Virus record (IMG/VR): IMGVR_UViG_3300025018_000141
Span: 10,392-74,391 of that record
Strand: one strand, 5' to 3'
Source: a virus
Taxonomy: Duplodnaviria; Caudoviricetes
Length of the DNA: 64,000 bases
Notes under the pieces: generated by a model
What the model saw: only the letters and a program-made list of their open reading frames with translations
The model's database searches: none
Told to the model about the DNA's origin: nothing
Made by a program: the position numbers and the translations under genes
Part shown: positions 1 to 9,747 of the stretch, one piece after another
Layout of the letters: each line of letters starts with the position of its first letter
Numbering within the stretch: the stretch's first letter is position 1

Positions 1-92
1 CAATGCCATCAAACATCCATTTAAGGCTGGAAAACCTAGCACTAAATTTGGTGGATTTATAAAATAAAAAAATAAATCCCTTTAAAAACGGT

Positions 93-3000
93 ATGGAAAA
101 TAAATCTTTTCTTTATCTCAATATGATCGTCAAACACGACGAACCAATTGAGATGGTAAAACGATCAATAGATTCAATCAAAGATTATGTAGACGATATT
201 TATATTACCGTTACGTATGATGATAAAAAACTTCCTTCTTCTCACCCACTTCTTAAACTTTTAAAAGAATACAAAACAAACATTACTCAATTCCAGTGGG
301 TTGATGACTTTGCCGCTGCACGACAATATGCCCTAGAACAGGTTCCGCAAGGCGACAACCACTTTGTATACTGGCATGATGCCGATGATGTTCTTGAGGG
401 CTCAGAAAAGATTCCTCTTATTATAAAAGACATGGCTTCCCTCAATCATTCTTCAGTATTTTTAGACTATTGGTATCTTGTGGATTATGACGAAAATGGG
501 AAGGTATTTGATGTGGTTGTAAAGCAAACAAGAGAACGGATTATTCGAAATAATAATACATTTAAATGGATTGGAGAATTACACGAAACTCTTATTGAAC
601 AAAGATCGGAAAATATTGTGAAGGTTGAACGAGAAGATTGTATTGTTGTTCATCATTCTAATGCAGATCGAGGAGATATGAATATTGCAAGAAATGTACG
701 AATTCTTGAAAAGATGCTTACTAAACAAAAGGGTAAAGATCCAAGAACTCTTATTTATCTTGCAAAAGGATATTATGATTTTGCTCGCATGACCAAGGGA
801 GATGAAAGTAAAAGTTACTATAATAAAGCCCTAAAACTCTTCTATGCATACCTTGAGGGGCATGGAGAAGAAGGGAAAGAGGGATATATTGTTCCATCTG
901 GCTGGAGAGAAGAGCGCGCGACCGCATGGGGACATGTTGCTGAAATTGCTGTAATACAGAAAGAGCCAACAATTGCCATTGAGGCATATGAAAAAGCAAT
1001 GCACGAAGCCCCAGAGTTTCCAAGCTACTATATAGATTTAGCATCTGTGTACGTTATGTTGGGAGACTATAAAAAAGCAAAACAATATCTTCTTCTTGGA
1101 AGCGCAACCCCTGAACCAAAAACAACAATTGTTACTTATCCAAAAGAACTTAAAAAGAGAGCGCTACAAGTAAGTATAGATGTTTCACTTCATGAGCAAA
1201 ATTTAGATAAGGCTCACGCATCGGCTAAAATGTTAGTTGAGATGTTGCCCTATGAGGACTATCCAAAAGAAACATTAGAAGAAATAGAGAGGCTTATTGA
1301 ATTTAACAGAGCTTGTCAATCGGTTGTATTTTTAGGAAAGTTTTTGGAGAAGAGAAAAAAGACAAAAGAGCTTGGTAAATTAGTGGAATCTATTCCATCT
1401 GAGATGCACCAAGAAAAGTTTGCAACTGAAATGAGACATCGATTCCTTCCTCCTCGAATTTGGGGAGAAGATGAAATCACTATTCTTTGTGGGCCAGGAT
1501 GGGAGAAGTGGAGTCCAAAGAGCGTGACAACGGGAATTGGAGGTTCGGAAGAGGCGGTAGTAAGACTTTCGAAAGAACTTGCAAAGCTTGGGTGGAAGGT
1601 AACAGTATATGGCGATCCAAGAGATGATGCTGGGGAATATGCTGGAGTGACATATAAACCATGGAATGATATTAATGCAAAGGATGGATTTAATACTCTT
1701 ATATTATGGAGATCTGTTGGCTTTGTTGATGTAAATCCCAAATCTAAATTTACTATGTTGTGGCTCCACGATGTTCCAAATAACCCAGAGTTTACAGAGG
1801 AACGGTTAAATAAAATAGACAAGATTGCTGTTCTTTCTGAATATCACAAGAGTCTTTTGAGAATGAATAAAAATGGAGTATATAAAGTTATTCCCGATCA
1901 TAAAATATTCGTAACATCAAATGGAATCTCTGATATTAATATTAAAAAATGGAAAGGTGATTCCAAAAAGATAGCTTACATTTCTTCACCAGATCGAGGA
2001 CTTATATATTTACTAAATAATTGGGGAAAGATTATAAAAGAAGTTCCCAATGCAACGCTTGACGTCTATTATGGATTTGATGTGTTTGATACCTTGAATA
2101 AAGACAACCCAGAAAGAATGAAATTTAAAAACAAAATAATGAGCTTAATGCGACAAGATGGCATTACATATCATGGAAGAATCGGACACGATGCTCTTCA
2201 TTATCAACTATCAAGAACTGGTATTTGGGCATACCCGACTGATTTTGAAGAAATATCGTGTCACCCTGCTGGAACAAGGGTTACGACAAAAAGAGGAGAG
2301 GTAAATATTGAAGATATCTTAATAGAAGATAAAGTTCTTACGCATACTGGAAAATATAATAGTATTAATAAAATAATGCGAAGAAGACATAATGGACATA
2401 TGATAGAAATTAGTGTTCAATCTGGAGATAAATTAGAGCTAACACCAGAGCACCCCCTTTATATTATTAATGGGAAAAGTAGTTGGAGAAGTTTTAATGA
2501 CATTAAAGGGGCTGAGCCACAATGGATAGAGGCAAAAAATATTACGATTAATGATTGTGTGTTGTTCCCAAGATATAAGTCAAAAACCTCAAAAGTATTT
2601 CATATACCAATAGCACATCGACAAAATAATTTTTTTACCACAGACAATCCCGTTCCTGAAAAAATAGATGTTACACCAGAACTCAGCTGGTGGCTTGGAT
2701 ACTTTGCGGGGGATGGTACTGCCTTAATCAAAACAGGAAAAGTAGGAGTATTGGTTGCAAACAGTCATCCCGAACATATAAGGCCCGTTCTTGATGGATT
2801 TTCCGCATTTGGGATAGAAGTAAAGTCTCGCAAATTAAGAGGTTGTGTCGAATATTATATCCAAAGTTATCGTCTAGCAAAGGTTCTTCGTTCTTTATAC
2901 TATGACAATAATAAAAAAATGTTATCTGAACATGCCATGAATCAATATGGATTGAATGGAATCTTAGCAGCAGATGGACACAAAAATGAAAGAACAAGCA

Positions 3001-3605
3001 TCTTTACAAACACTTCGTTGAGGCTTATTGGTCAAGTGCGCCAATTATTATCTGAAATAGGAATTTCTGGAAGAGTCACTCCACGAATACATAAGAATGG
3101 GAATAAAAGCTATTCGATTGGGTGGACAACTCAGCCAAGGGCTCTATTTTATGGGGTTTCAGATGATTATATTATTAAAAGAATAGCAGATATTAAATTT
3201 AATGATTTTGAAGGAGATGTCTATAATCTTGAGGTGGAAAATGACAACTCTTATGTCTCTAACGGACACATTGTACATAATTGCATTTCAGCAATGAAAG
3301 CACAAGCCTGCGGAGCCATTCCTGTTGTGACAAATTATGCAGCGCTTCAGGAGACAGTAAGAAATGGACTCAAAGTTGATGTTGACATTACTATGGAAGA
3401 GGGTCAAGATAAATATGTAAAGGCAATCGTGGGGCTTCTTAAAGATGAAAAGAAACAAAAGGAGATACGAGAAAATATGATGACATGGGCAATGGACTAT
3501 TTTCAATGGAAGCACGTAGCTGCAACTTGGGATACTCTATTTAGAGTAAAGGTCCAAAACCCAGAAAAGCGATTAGAAATTATTGAACAAAAGGAGGAGA
3601 AATAA
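93..3605 (+). CDS. Multidomain glycosyltransferase: GT2 (GT-A) + TPR repeats + GT4 (GT-B), intein-containing
   Basis: N-terminal NMIVKHDE..WVDDFAAARQYA..WHDADD (GT2 DxD); helical TPR-like middle; C-terminal YISSPDRGL..YPTDFEEIS/CISAMKAQACGAIPVVT (GT4 motif). Confidence 0.9.
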   Translation: MENKSFLYLNMIVKHDEPIEMVKRSIDSIKDYVDDIYITVTYDDKKLPSSHPLLKLLKEYKTNITQFQWVDDFAAARQYALEQVPQGDNHFVYWHDADDVLEGSEKIPLIIKDMASLNHSSVFLDYWYLVDYDENGKVFDVVVKQTRERIIRNNNTFKWIGELHETLIEQRSENIVKVEREDCIVVHHSNADRGDMNIARNVRILEKMLTKQKGKDPRTLIYLAKGYYDFARMTKGDESKSYYNKALKLFYAYLEGHGEEGKEGYIVPSGWREERATAWGHVAEIAVIQKEPTIAIEAYEKAMHEAPEFPSYYIDLASVYVMLGDYKKAKQYLLLGSATPEPKTTIVTYPKELKKRALQVSIDVSLHEQNLDKAHASAKMLVEMLPYEDYPKETLEEIERLIEFNRACQSVVFLGKFLEKRKKTKELGKLVESIPSEMHQEKFATEMRHRFLPPRIWGEDEITILCGPGWEKWSPKSVTTGIGGSEEAVVRLSKELAKLGWKVTVYGDPRDDAGEYAGVTYKPWNDINAKDGFNTLILWRSVGFVDVNPKSKFTMLWLHDVPNNPEFTEERLNKIDKIAVLSEYHKSLLRMNKNGVYKVIPDHKIFVTSNGISDINIKKWKGDSKKIAYISSPDRGLIYLLNNWGKIIKEVPNATLDVYYGFDVFDTLNKDNPERMKFKNKIMSLMRQDGITYHGRIGHDALHYQLSRTGIWAYPTDFEEISCHPAGTRVTTKRGEVNIEDILIEDKVLTHTGKYNSINKIMRRRHNGHMIEISVQSGDKLELTPEHPLYIINGKSSWRSFNDIKGAEPQWIEAKNITINDCVLFPRYKSKTSKVFHIPIAHRQNNFFTTDNPVPEKIDVTPELSWWLGYFAGDGTALIKTGKVGVLVANSHPEHIRPVLDGFSAFGIEVKSRKLRGCVEYYIQSYRLAKVLRSLYYDNNKKMLSEHAMNQYGLNGILAADGHKNERTSIFTNTSLRLIGQVRQLLSEIGISGRVTPRIHKNGNKSYSIGWTTQPRALFYGVSDDYIIKRIADIKFNDFEGDVYNLEVENDNSYVSNGHIVHNCISAMKAQACGAIPVVTNYAALQETVRNGLKVDVDITMEEGQDKYVKAIVGLLKDEKKQKEIRENMMTWAMDYFQWKHVAATWDTLFRVKVQNPEKRLEIIEQKEEK
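2259..3281 (+). mobile_element. Intein (341 aa) with LAGLIDADG-type endonuclease remnant
   Basis: Starts CHPAGT, block B LELTPEHPL, LGYFAGDG and GILAADG motifs, ends VYNLEVENDNSYVSNGHIVHN followed by extein Cys. Confidence 0.92.
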
Positions 3606-3606
3606 T

Positions 3607-3807
3607 ATGCAATTTGGAGAAAAAGACTCAACAAAAGGGAATTGTCCGATTTGTGGAAAAGTAGTACTTAAGCGAACAACAAGAGGAAAAATAGAATACT
3701 GTTCGCGCGTATGTGCGTCACAAGTACGGTATGCAACCCGATACAAAGGATCAAGTTCTGGTCCTGCTGATCGACCAAGTATGGTGAGTAAAACCGTAGA
3801 TTATTAA
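3607..3807 (+). CDS. Small Zn-finger protein
   Basis: CPICGK..YCSRVC; ATG follows a GGAG RBS directly after the upstream stop. Confidence 0.6.
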   Translation: MQFGEKDSTKGNCPICGKVVLKRTTRGKIEYCSRVCASQVRYATRYKGSSSGPADRPSMVSKTVDY

Positions 3808-3838
3808 TATTATTATTATTAGAAAGTAGGTGAAATAT

Positions 3839-4216
3839 ATGAAAGTTAAAAAAATAAATCCAGAATGGCAACCTATTGAAAATAGAGGTTTGAAGGTTGG
3901 GGAAGTAATTGAAATTACAGATCCAAGGGCTCTTATTGTCAACGGAGACGTTGTTGGAGTTGGAGAGGATGGCGAAGAACTTACTGCGCTAGATCTTTAT
4001 GATGTGATCACGGGATCAGATAAAGAAGAATTTTTGAAATTTCAAGCAATGAAAAAGCAAGAAGGAATCAAAAAACATCTTGAAAAAGAAAAAGAAGAAT
4101 TAGAAAAGCAACTCGAAGAAACAAAGGCTGTAGCCGCTGAAAAAGACATAACTGTCTTAAATGAAAAGCCAGTAGATACTAAGAAAGTATCACCATTCAA
4201 AAAAGGAAAAAAATGA
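3839..4216 (+). CDS. Hypothetical protein with C-terminal coiled coil
   Basis: ORF coupled to next gene (ATGA overlap); no recognised motif. Confidence 0.6.
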   Translation: MKVKKINPEWQPIENRGLKVGEVIEITDPRALIVNGDVVGVGEDGEELTALDLYDVITGSDKEEFLKFQAMKKQEGIKKHLEKEKEELEKQLEETKAVAAEKDITVLNEKPVDTKKVSPFKKGKK

Positions 4217-4962
4217 AAAAAATAGGGTCTATAACACCAATTTGGAATCAAGAGTTGTTTGTTAAGCCTCATTTTGACATGTTGAAGCGAGGAGTGGATC
4301 GATCTATTGTTTTAGTGCAAAGCGGTCCACTACCTTCATACAAAAATGAACATGGATATTCTACCAAGGCAGACGCAACACAATTTGTTCTCGAAGAATA
4401 TTTTCCAAATGTAGAGGTTTACAACAGCGAATATCCAATTCAAATGGACTTTCGTGGAGAACTATATAATGAGGGTCTTTCTATGATGGAGGAATGCGAC
4501 ATTGTTTTACGACTTGATCCCGATATGTTATTTACTGATCGCGATTTCGATCAGTTTGTTGAGTTTGTCCAAAATAATGATGCAGAAGCATACAGAATGG
4601 ATTTTAGATCAGATTCAATAAATTACTATATGACGGGAGACTTTGATCATGGTCTAAAAGATGCACAAGAAGATGATGCGCTTGCGGTTAGTCCAAAGAA
4701 GCGGTTTACAGGAATATTGGATTATACGGGTGAAAGTCGTGTAATTAAGATAGAAAATTGGATGTGTCATCATTTTAGGGGATGGAATAAACCAAAATCA
4801 ACTCCATCAAATTGGGCAAAAGACATTGTGCAAGAAGAATATGTAAAGGAGTTTTGGGATAAGAATAATAAATGTTGGTACAAAGCCCCAAAAGAAATTA
4901 AAAAGAAAATGAAAAAATGGTTAAAAGAATTAGAACAAATTAAAGAAGATTTTAAAATATGA
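4213..4962 (+). CDS. GT-A fold glycosyltransferase-like protein
   Basis: SITPIWNQE start, VLRLDPDM (DxD) motif, HHF near C-terminus. Confidence 0.65.
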   Translation: MKKIGSITPIWNQELFVKPHFDMLKRGVDRSIVLVQSGPLPSYKNEHGYSTKADATQFVLEEYFPNVEVYNSEYPIQMDFRGELYNEGLSMMEECDIVLRLDPDMLFTDRDFDQFVEFVQNNDAEAYRMDFRSDSINYYMTGDFDHGLKDAQEDDALAVSPKKRFTGILDYTGESRVIKIENWMCHHFRGWNKPKSTPSNWAKDIVQEEYVKEFWDKNNKCWYKAPKEIKKKMKKWLKELEQIKEDFKI

Positions 4963-5189
4963 AACAAGACAAAACGTCACTAATAGACTCATTAATTAAA
5001 GAGCTCCATGATTTAAAAAATATGAAGGCAGGCTCGGTTCATGAGGAATGGAAGATTGGGTATGAAGAGGGGCTTCTTTATACATTGGGATTAGTTCTCG
5101 ATGGAGAGAAGATACCATTTGTAGGGGAAAAATGGATTATTCTCGACTGGGAAGGAAAGGTGTTAAAATATACTAAAAACACCAAATGA
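4959..5189 (+). CDS. Hypothetical protein
   Basis: Overlaps both neighbours by 4 nt (operon-like). Confidence 0.5.
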   Translation: MKQDKTSLIDSLIKELHDLKNMKAGSVHEEWKIGYEEGLLYTLGLVLDGEKIPFVGEKWIILDWEGKVLKYTKNTK

Positions 5190-6190
5190 AAATACTCGTA
5201 ACTGGCGTAGCAGGTTTTATTGGATCACACCTGGCAGAATATCTTCTTAATCAGGGACACGAAGTATATGGTATTGATAATCTTTCTATTGGGAAAAGAC
5301 ATAACGTTCCAAAAGGAATAAAATTTACCCAGGTTGATATGAGAGATACTGAAGTGATGGATTTATACATTCACTCACATAAGCCTGAAGTAATCTTTCA
5401 TCTTGCTTGTTGGGCTCACGAAGGGCTTTCTCAGTTTATGCCAATCCTTATAACAGAAAATAATTATAATGCCTTTTTAAACCTTATTGTTCCTGCAATA
5501 AAGACTGGAATGAAGCGAATAGTTGTATGCTCCTCAATGTCGGTCTACGGTGGTCAAAATCCGCCATTTAACGAGGATATGGAGCGAAAACCAGTAGATA
5601 TCTATGCTATTGCAAAGACTGCCATGGAAGAGGCAACAGAGGTGCTCTCCGACGTTCATGGGTTTGACTACACAATTATAAGACCACACAACGTTTATGG
5701 ACCAAAACAAATACTGTGGGATCCCTATCGAAATGTCGCGGGAATATTTATGAATAGAATTCTTAATGGAAAATCTCCAATTATTTATGGAGATGGAGAA
5801 CAAACTCGAGCGTTCTCATATATAGACGATGTTGTTCCCTATTTGGCAAAGGCTGGGTTTATTGAAGAGACGAAGGGTGAAATTATCAATATTGGGCCAC
5901 TGGAACAATTTACTATAAATGAATTAGTCAATGAAATATTAAAAGCATTTGGATCAGATTTAAAGCCAGAACATTTTCCCGATAGACCAAAGGAAGTAAA
6001 GCACGCCTACTGTACAAACTACAAAGCAGAAAAACTACTTGGGTACAAAACTTCAGTATCACTTGCAGAGGGAATTAAAAAAATGGCAGAATGGGCAAAG
6101 ACTATTGGACCGCAGAAATTTGAATACCTAGATAGTTTAGAGCTAACGGGGGATAATATTCCTAAAACATGGAAAGATAGATTGATGTAG
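5186..6190 (+). CDS. NAD-dependent NDP-sugar epimerase/dehydratase (extended SDR)
   Basis: VTGVAGFIG, SSMSVYG, YAIAK (YxxxK), RPHNVYGP, GDGEQTRAFSYIDDV. Confidence 0.93.
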   Translation: MKILVTGVAGFIGSHLAEYLLNQGHEVYGIDNLSIGKRHNVPKGIKFTQVDMRDTEVMDLYIHSHKPEVIFHLACWAHEGLSQFMPILITENNYNAFLNLIVPAIKTGMKRIVVCSSMSVYGGQNPPFNEDMERKPVDIYAIAKTAMEEATEVLSDVHGFDYTIIRPHNVYGPKQILWDPYRNVAGIFMNRILNGKSPIIYGDGEQTRAFSYIDDVVPYLAKAGFIEETKGEIINIGPLEQFTINELVNEILKAFGSDLKPEHFPDRPKEVKHAYCTNYKAEKLLGYKTSVSLAEGIKKMAEWAKTIGPQKFEYLDSLELTGDNIPKTWKDRLM

Positions 6191-6229
6191 CAGATAGACA
6201 ATTATCAATAAGTTTTATATAGTATACAT

Positions 6230-7021
6230 ATGAAAATACTGTTTGTGTATGATCATCAATATCCAGAGTTATGGAAAGATGGACTTTGGGCTGCTCTAAA
6301 CCTACTTGAAAAACGTGAATTTGAAATAGAAAAATATAATCTCAGAGATCATCCTGACGGCGACCACCCACAGCCATCAGATTATGACTTCGTATTAGGG
6401 TGGGGCGGCTTTAATTCCCCAGTAGAACGCCTTATTAGGGAATGGAAATGTAAGAAGGGGCTTTGTATTGGAGGAAACGCTTTTCCTCCCGACTCACAAG
6501 ATAGCTATGATGTATTATTTTATGAAACAAATTGGTATATTCCTCAGATTTTTAATCATAAAAATATTGTTCACGCGTTTGGAGTAAATATTAGTGCATA
6601 TTTTGAAGAGAGAAGACCCTCATTTCTTTGGGACTACACAACAGTTGGTGCATTTGCCGATTGGAAGAGACTTGGATTAATGAAAAATAAAGTGGGACAC
6701 AAACTTGCAATTGGAGAGATACAAAAGGATAACATGCAGGAATCTGGCAGAATCATTAGTGATCTGCTAACTGATAACATTATGATTTCTGATATGGTAC
6801 CAGTAGAACAATTGTGTAAAATTTATAATGCATCTAGACGCGTGTATATTCCAGCAGATATTAATGGTGGCGGAGAACGAGCAGTTTTAGAAGCTCGTGC
6901 ATGTGGAAGGCCAGTTGAGGTTGAGTTTGATAATCCAAAACTTCGAGAACTACAAAATTCTATTATTTGGAGTCATTACTACTATGCCGACCAATTACAA
7001 TTAGGAATATTATCTACATAA
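6230..7021 (+). CDS. GT-B (GT4-like) glycosyltransferase
   Basis: VGAFADWKR and GGGERAVLEARACG (E-x7-E-like). Confidence 0.75.
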   Translation: MKILFVYDHQYPELWKDGLWAALNLLEKREFEIEKYNLRDHPDGDHPQPSDYDFVLGWGGFNSPVERLIREWKCKKGLCIGGNAFPPDSQDSYDVLFYETNWYIPQIFNHKNIVHAFGVNISAYFEERRPSFLWDYTTVGAFADWKRLGLMKNKVGHKLAIGEIQKDNMQESGRIISDLLTDNIMISDMVPVEQLCKIYNASRRVYIPADINGGGERAVLEARACGRPVEVEFDNPKLRELQNSIIWSHYYYADQLQLGILST

Positions 7022-7046
7022 TGAAAAAGAAATTGAGTGATAAATT

Positions 7047-7190
7047 ATGAAAACAACCTGTTTAATTTGTCAAATAGAATTTAAAACATATCCATCAAGG
7101 ATTAAAAAAGGAAGGAATAAATATTGTCATAGAAAGTCTGACACTTTTGGCGGACGCGTTAAGAGCACACAGGAGGTGCAATATGCTTAA
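7047..7190 (+). pseudogene. Internally deleted HNH endonuclease relic
   Basis: 47-codon ORF MKTTCLICQIEFKTYPSRIKKGRNKYCHRK (HNH-type Zn ribbon); another frame carries LRAHRRCNMLK, like an HNH C-terminus. Confidence 0.45.
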
Positions 7191-7740
7191 AACTAAGTTG
7201 AATTTAGGAAGTTCCTTGCCACCTATACATAAACAACATCTTGAGGTTATGAGTGACTACAGCAACTGGCAACTAGTTGACCTCTTTATCGATCATCCAG
7301 AGGTTATGAAGATGGATGCAACAAAATTAGATGAGGTTGAAGATGGGTATTTGGAGCATATCTATGCTTCACATTTACTGGAGCACATTTCTCACAGAGA
7401 CGTGCCGAGAGTGCTAAGGCTCTGGTATAGTAAATTAAAAAAGGGTGGTATTTTAACTCTTAATGTTCCTGACATGGAATGGGCTGCACGACAGGTAATA
7501 AAGTTTGAGAATATGCAACCCCTAGATAGTAATGTTTATACGACATTTGAGGGAAACAATGGAATTCAGTCTGTTATCTATGGCACTCACGCGCATGACG
7601 GAGAGATCCATAAATCAGGCTACACGAAGACTTCGCTTGAGATGATGTTATGTGGCGCGGGGTTTGAAGATATTAGTATTTCTAAGGTATACGAGGCGCA
7701 CGATATGTCTTGTCTAATTGCGGAGGCGATAAAAAAATGA
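7183..7740 (+). CDS. Class I SAM-dependent methyltransferase
   Basis: KLNLGS, IYASHLLEHI, LKKGGILTLNVPDM, HKSGY. Confidence 0.85.
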   Translation: MLKTKLNLGSSLPPIHKQHLEVMSDYSNWQLVDLFIDHPEVMKMDATKLDEVEDGYLEHIYASHLLEHISHRDVPRVLRLWYSKLKKGGILTLNVPDMEWAARQVIKFENMQPLDSNVYTTFEGNNGIQSVIYGTHAHDGEIHKSGYTKTSLEMMLCGAGFEDISISKVYEAHDMSCLIAEAIKK

Positions 7741-7952
7741 CAGACGCACCTGATTTCTTTAAAGAAATCTTTGGACAGTATACGGGGGAGAAGCAATACG
7801 ACAAGGCTTCGTATCGATGTAATAAGTGTCGATATGAGCTTGATAGAATAGTTGTTCAAGACATTTCACAAAAATCAAAGAAGCTTTTCTTTTGTAAGAA
7901 TAATAAGTGTATTAGGTTTGGGTTGCTCACAGTAGTTGCAAAAACAAAATGA
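7737..7952 (+). CDS. Small Zn-ribbon protein
   Basis: CNKC..CKNNKC; coupled overlaps with neighbours. Confidence 0.55.
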   Translation: MTDAPDFFKEIFGQYTGEKQYDKASYRCNKCRYELDRIVVQDISQKSKKLFFCKNNKCIRFGLLTVVAKTK

Positions 7953-8554
7953 AAATCTCAATAATAATCCCCTACTATGAATCAGATAAAGACAAACCAG
8001 CGGTCCTGCAAAGGCTCACGGATTCCCTCATAGGACAAGATGAAATAATTATATCTGCAAACGTTAAGGAGGGTTATGCAATACCTATTAATCGTGGGTT
8101 GAGAATTGCACATGGAGACTATCTCATTGTCATGAATGACGACTTAATATTGAGAAAAGGATCATTAACAGATCTCTGTGACCCCAATTTTGTTACTTCT
8201 CCCAGAATTGATGGGCAAAAACAAGACTTCTGGGGTTGCTGTTTCTGTCTGCCGCGGTGGGTGTATGAGACCATAGGAGGCTTGGATGAAAGATATAGGA
8301 TCAGCTACTGGGACGATGACGATTGGGAGGCTACATTATTGAAAAATGAGATTCCATATAAATCGATGCCTCTTGTTAATTTTGAAAATAGAGATGGCGG
8401 GGGAAGGACGTTACATACCTTTCCAGATCATAATGAGTTCTTTAAAGAAAACAAACTTAAATTCATTGAAAAATGGGGATACGAACCAAATATATTAAAA
8501 CAATTTTATAAGCAACACAAACGACTACCTAAGAAGGGTGAGATTTTGATTTAG
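7949..8554 (+). CDS. GT2 glycosyltransferase
   Basis: ISIIIPYY, INRGL, VMNDD, IGGLDERY, WDDDDW. Confidence 0.88.
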   Translation: MKISIIIPYYESDKDKPAVLQRLTDSLIGQDEIIISANVKEGYAIPINRGLRIAHGDYLIVMNDDLILRKGSLTDLCDPNFVTSPRIDGQKQDFWGCCFCLPRWVYETIGGLDERYRISYWDDDDWEATLLKNEIPYKSMPLVNFENRDGGGRTLHTFPDHNEFFKENKLKFIEKWGYEPNILKQFYKQHKRLPKKGEILI

Positions 8555-9025
8555 TGCCTCATGCTCTTTTCCGTGACAACTAGAACATAGGATGATTAAG
8601 TTCTCAATATTATTATTGAATACATTTTTATCCTTATGATGAACAATAAGTTTTTCTGTAACATGACAAAGGATACAAATTCTTGGTATTTTCAAACGTT
8701 TTACCTTGTCATGAGCATTGGTCCTAGATCGAGTTTCTAGTTTTTGGGTTTTCTTTGCCCTATCTATAACTAATTGTTTATGAGAATTATAATATTTCAA
8801 TTTAGATGCCTTACCATTTTCTGATCGATTATATTTATTAGCAGAAATTCTTCGTTTATTTGTTTTCTGATAACGAAGCAAGCAAGCTTTTCTTTTAGGA
8901 GATTGTCTATATTTTTTATGACTATCTTTTCTAGCAAGACCACTTGATCTGCACTCAGCGCAATATAAAGTTTTTCCCTTCTTAATAAATTCTGACGGGC
9001 AAATTTTACATTTGATTTTTTCCAT
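8525..9025 (-). CDS. HNH homing endonuclease
   Basis: CILC..LIVHHKDKNVFNNNIENLIILCSSCHGKEH; own TTGACT-17-TATAAT promoter at 9061-9033. Confidence 0.85.
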   Translation of the reverse strand: MEKIKCKICPSEFIKKGKTLYCAECRSSGLARKDSHKKYRQSPKRKACLLRYQKTNKRRISANKYNRSENGKASKLKYYNSHKQLVIDRAKKTQKLETRSRTNAHDKVKRLKIPRICILCHVTEKLIVHHKDKNVFNNNIENLIILCSSCHGKEHEALNQNLTLLR

Positions 9026-9099
9026 ACAATTGATTATACTAGATGACGATGATTAAGTCAATGATTAAATTAAAATTTTGATAAAATTAGTATATACAA

Positions 9100-9747
9100 A
9101 TGAAAATATCTATGATTGATATAATAATTTTAAAATATAATGTAAAGGAGGCAGAAGATAAGTGTATTAAGTCCGTGATTAAGTACACTGACGTTCCTTA
9201 TCATTTAACTGTTTTTGATAATTATCTTTATAGACATAACATTGGTAAAATTTGGAATCGACTAATTAACAAATCTGAATCAGATTATATTTGCTTACTG
9301 AATTCAGACACAGAAGTATCACAGAGTTGGCTTTCAAAATTATTAGAAACCTTTGAAAAAATAGAAAAGGTTGGGTGTGTTGGTCCATCGACTGACAATT
9401 GTATTAATCAACAAAAAAATAAAGCAGAAGAGGTTTTTATTGATTTTAGCAAAATGTATCCAGGGTGGTGCTTGAGTGGATTTTGTTTAATCTTCCCAAA
9501 GAAAATTTGGGAGGAGGTTAATAAATTCCCAGAAGATTTTGGATTTTATGGACAAGAAGTAAGTTTGATTGACAAAATAACTGCTTTAGGATACCATCAA
9601 ATATGGAGAACGGATGTTTTTATTCATCATAAGAAAGGCGCAAGTATAAAAAAGGCTCAAGCTGCTGGAGAAATGAACGAAGAAGAAGAGAGGATAAAGG
9701 GACGAGAAAACTATAGTAAATTTAGAAAAGAATTACATGATAATTAA
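9100..9747 (+). CDS. GT2 glycosyltransferase
   Basis: CLLNSDTEV, LSGFCLIF, FGFYGQE, IHHKKGAS. Confidence 0.88.
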   Translation: MKISMIDIIILKYNVKEAEDKCIKSVIKYTDVPYHLTVFDNYLYRHNIGKIWNRLINKSESDYICLLNSDTEVSQSWLSKLLETFEKIEKVGCVGPSTDNCINQQKNKAEEVFIDFSKMYPGWCLSGFCLIFPKKIWEEVNKFPEDFGFYGQEVSLIDKITALGYHQIWRTDVFIHHKKGASIKKAQAAGEMNEEEERIKGRENYSKFRKELHDN

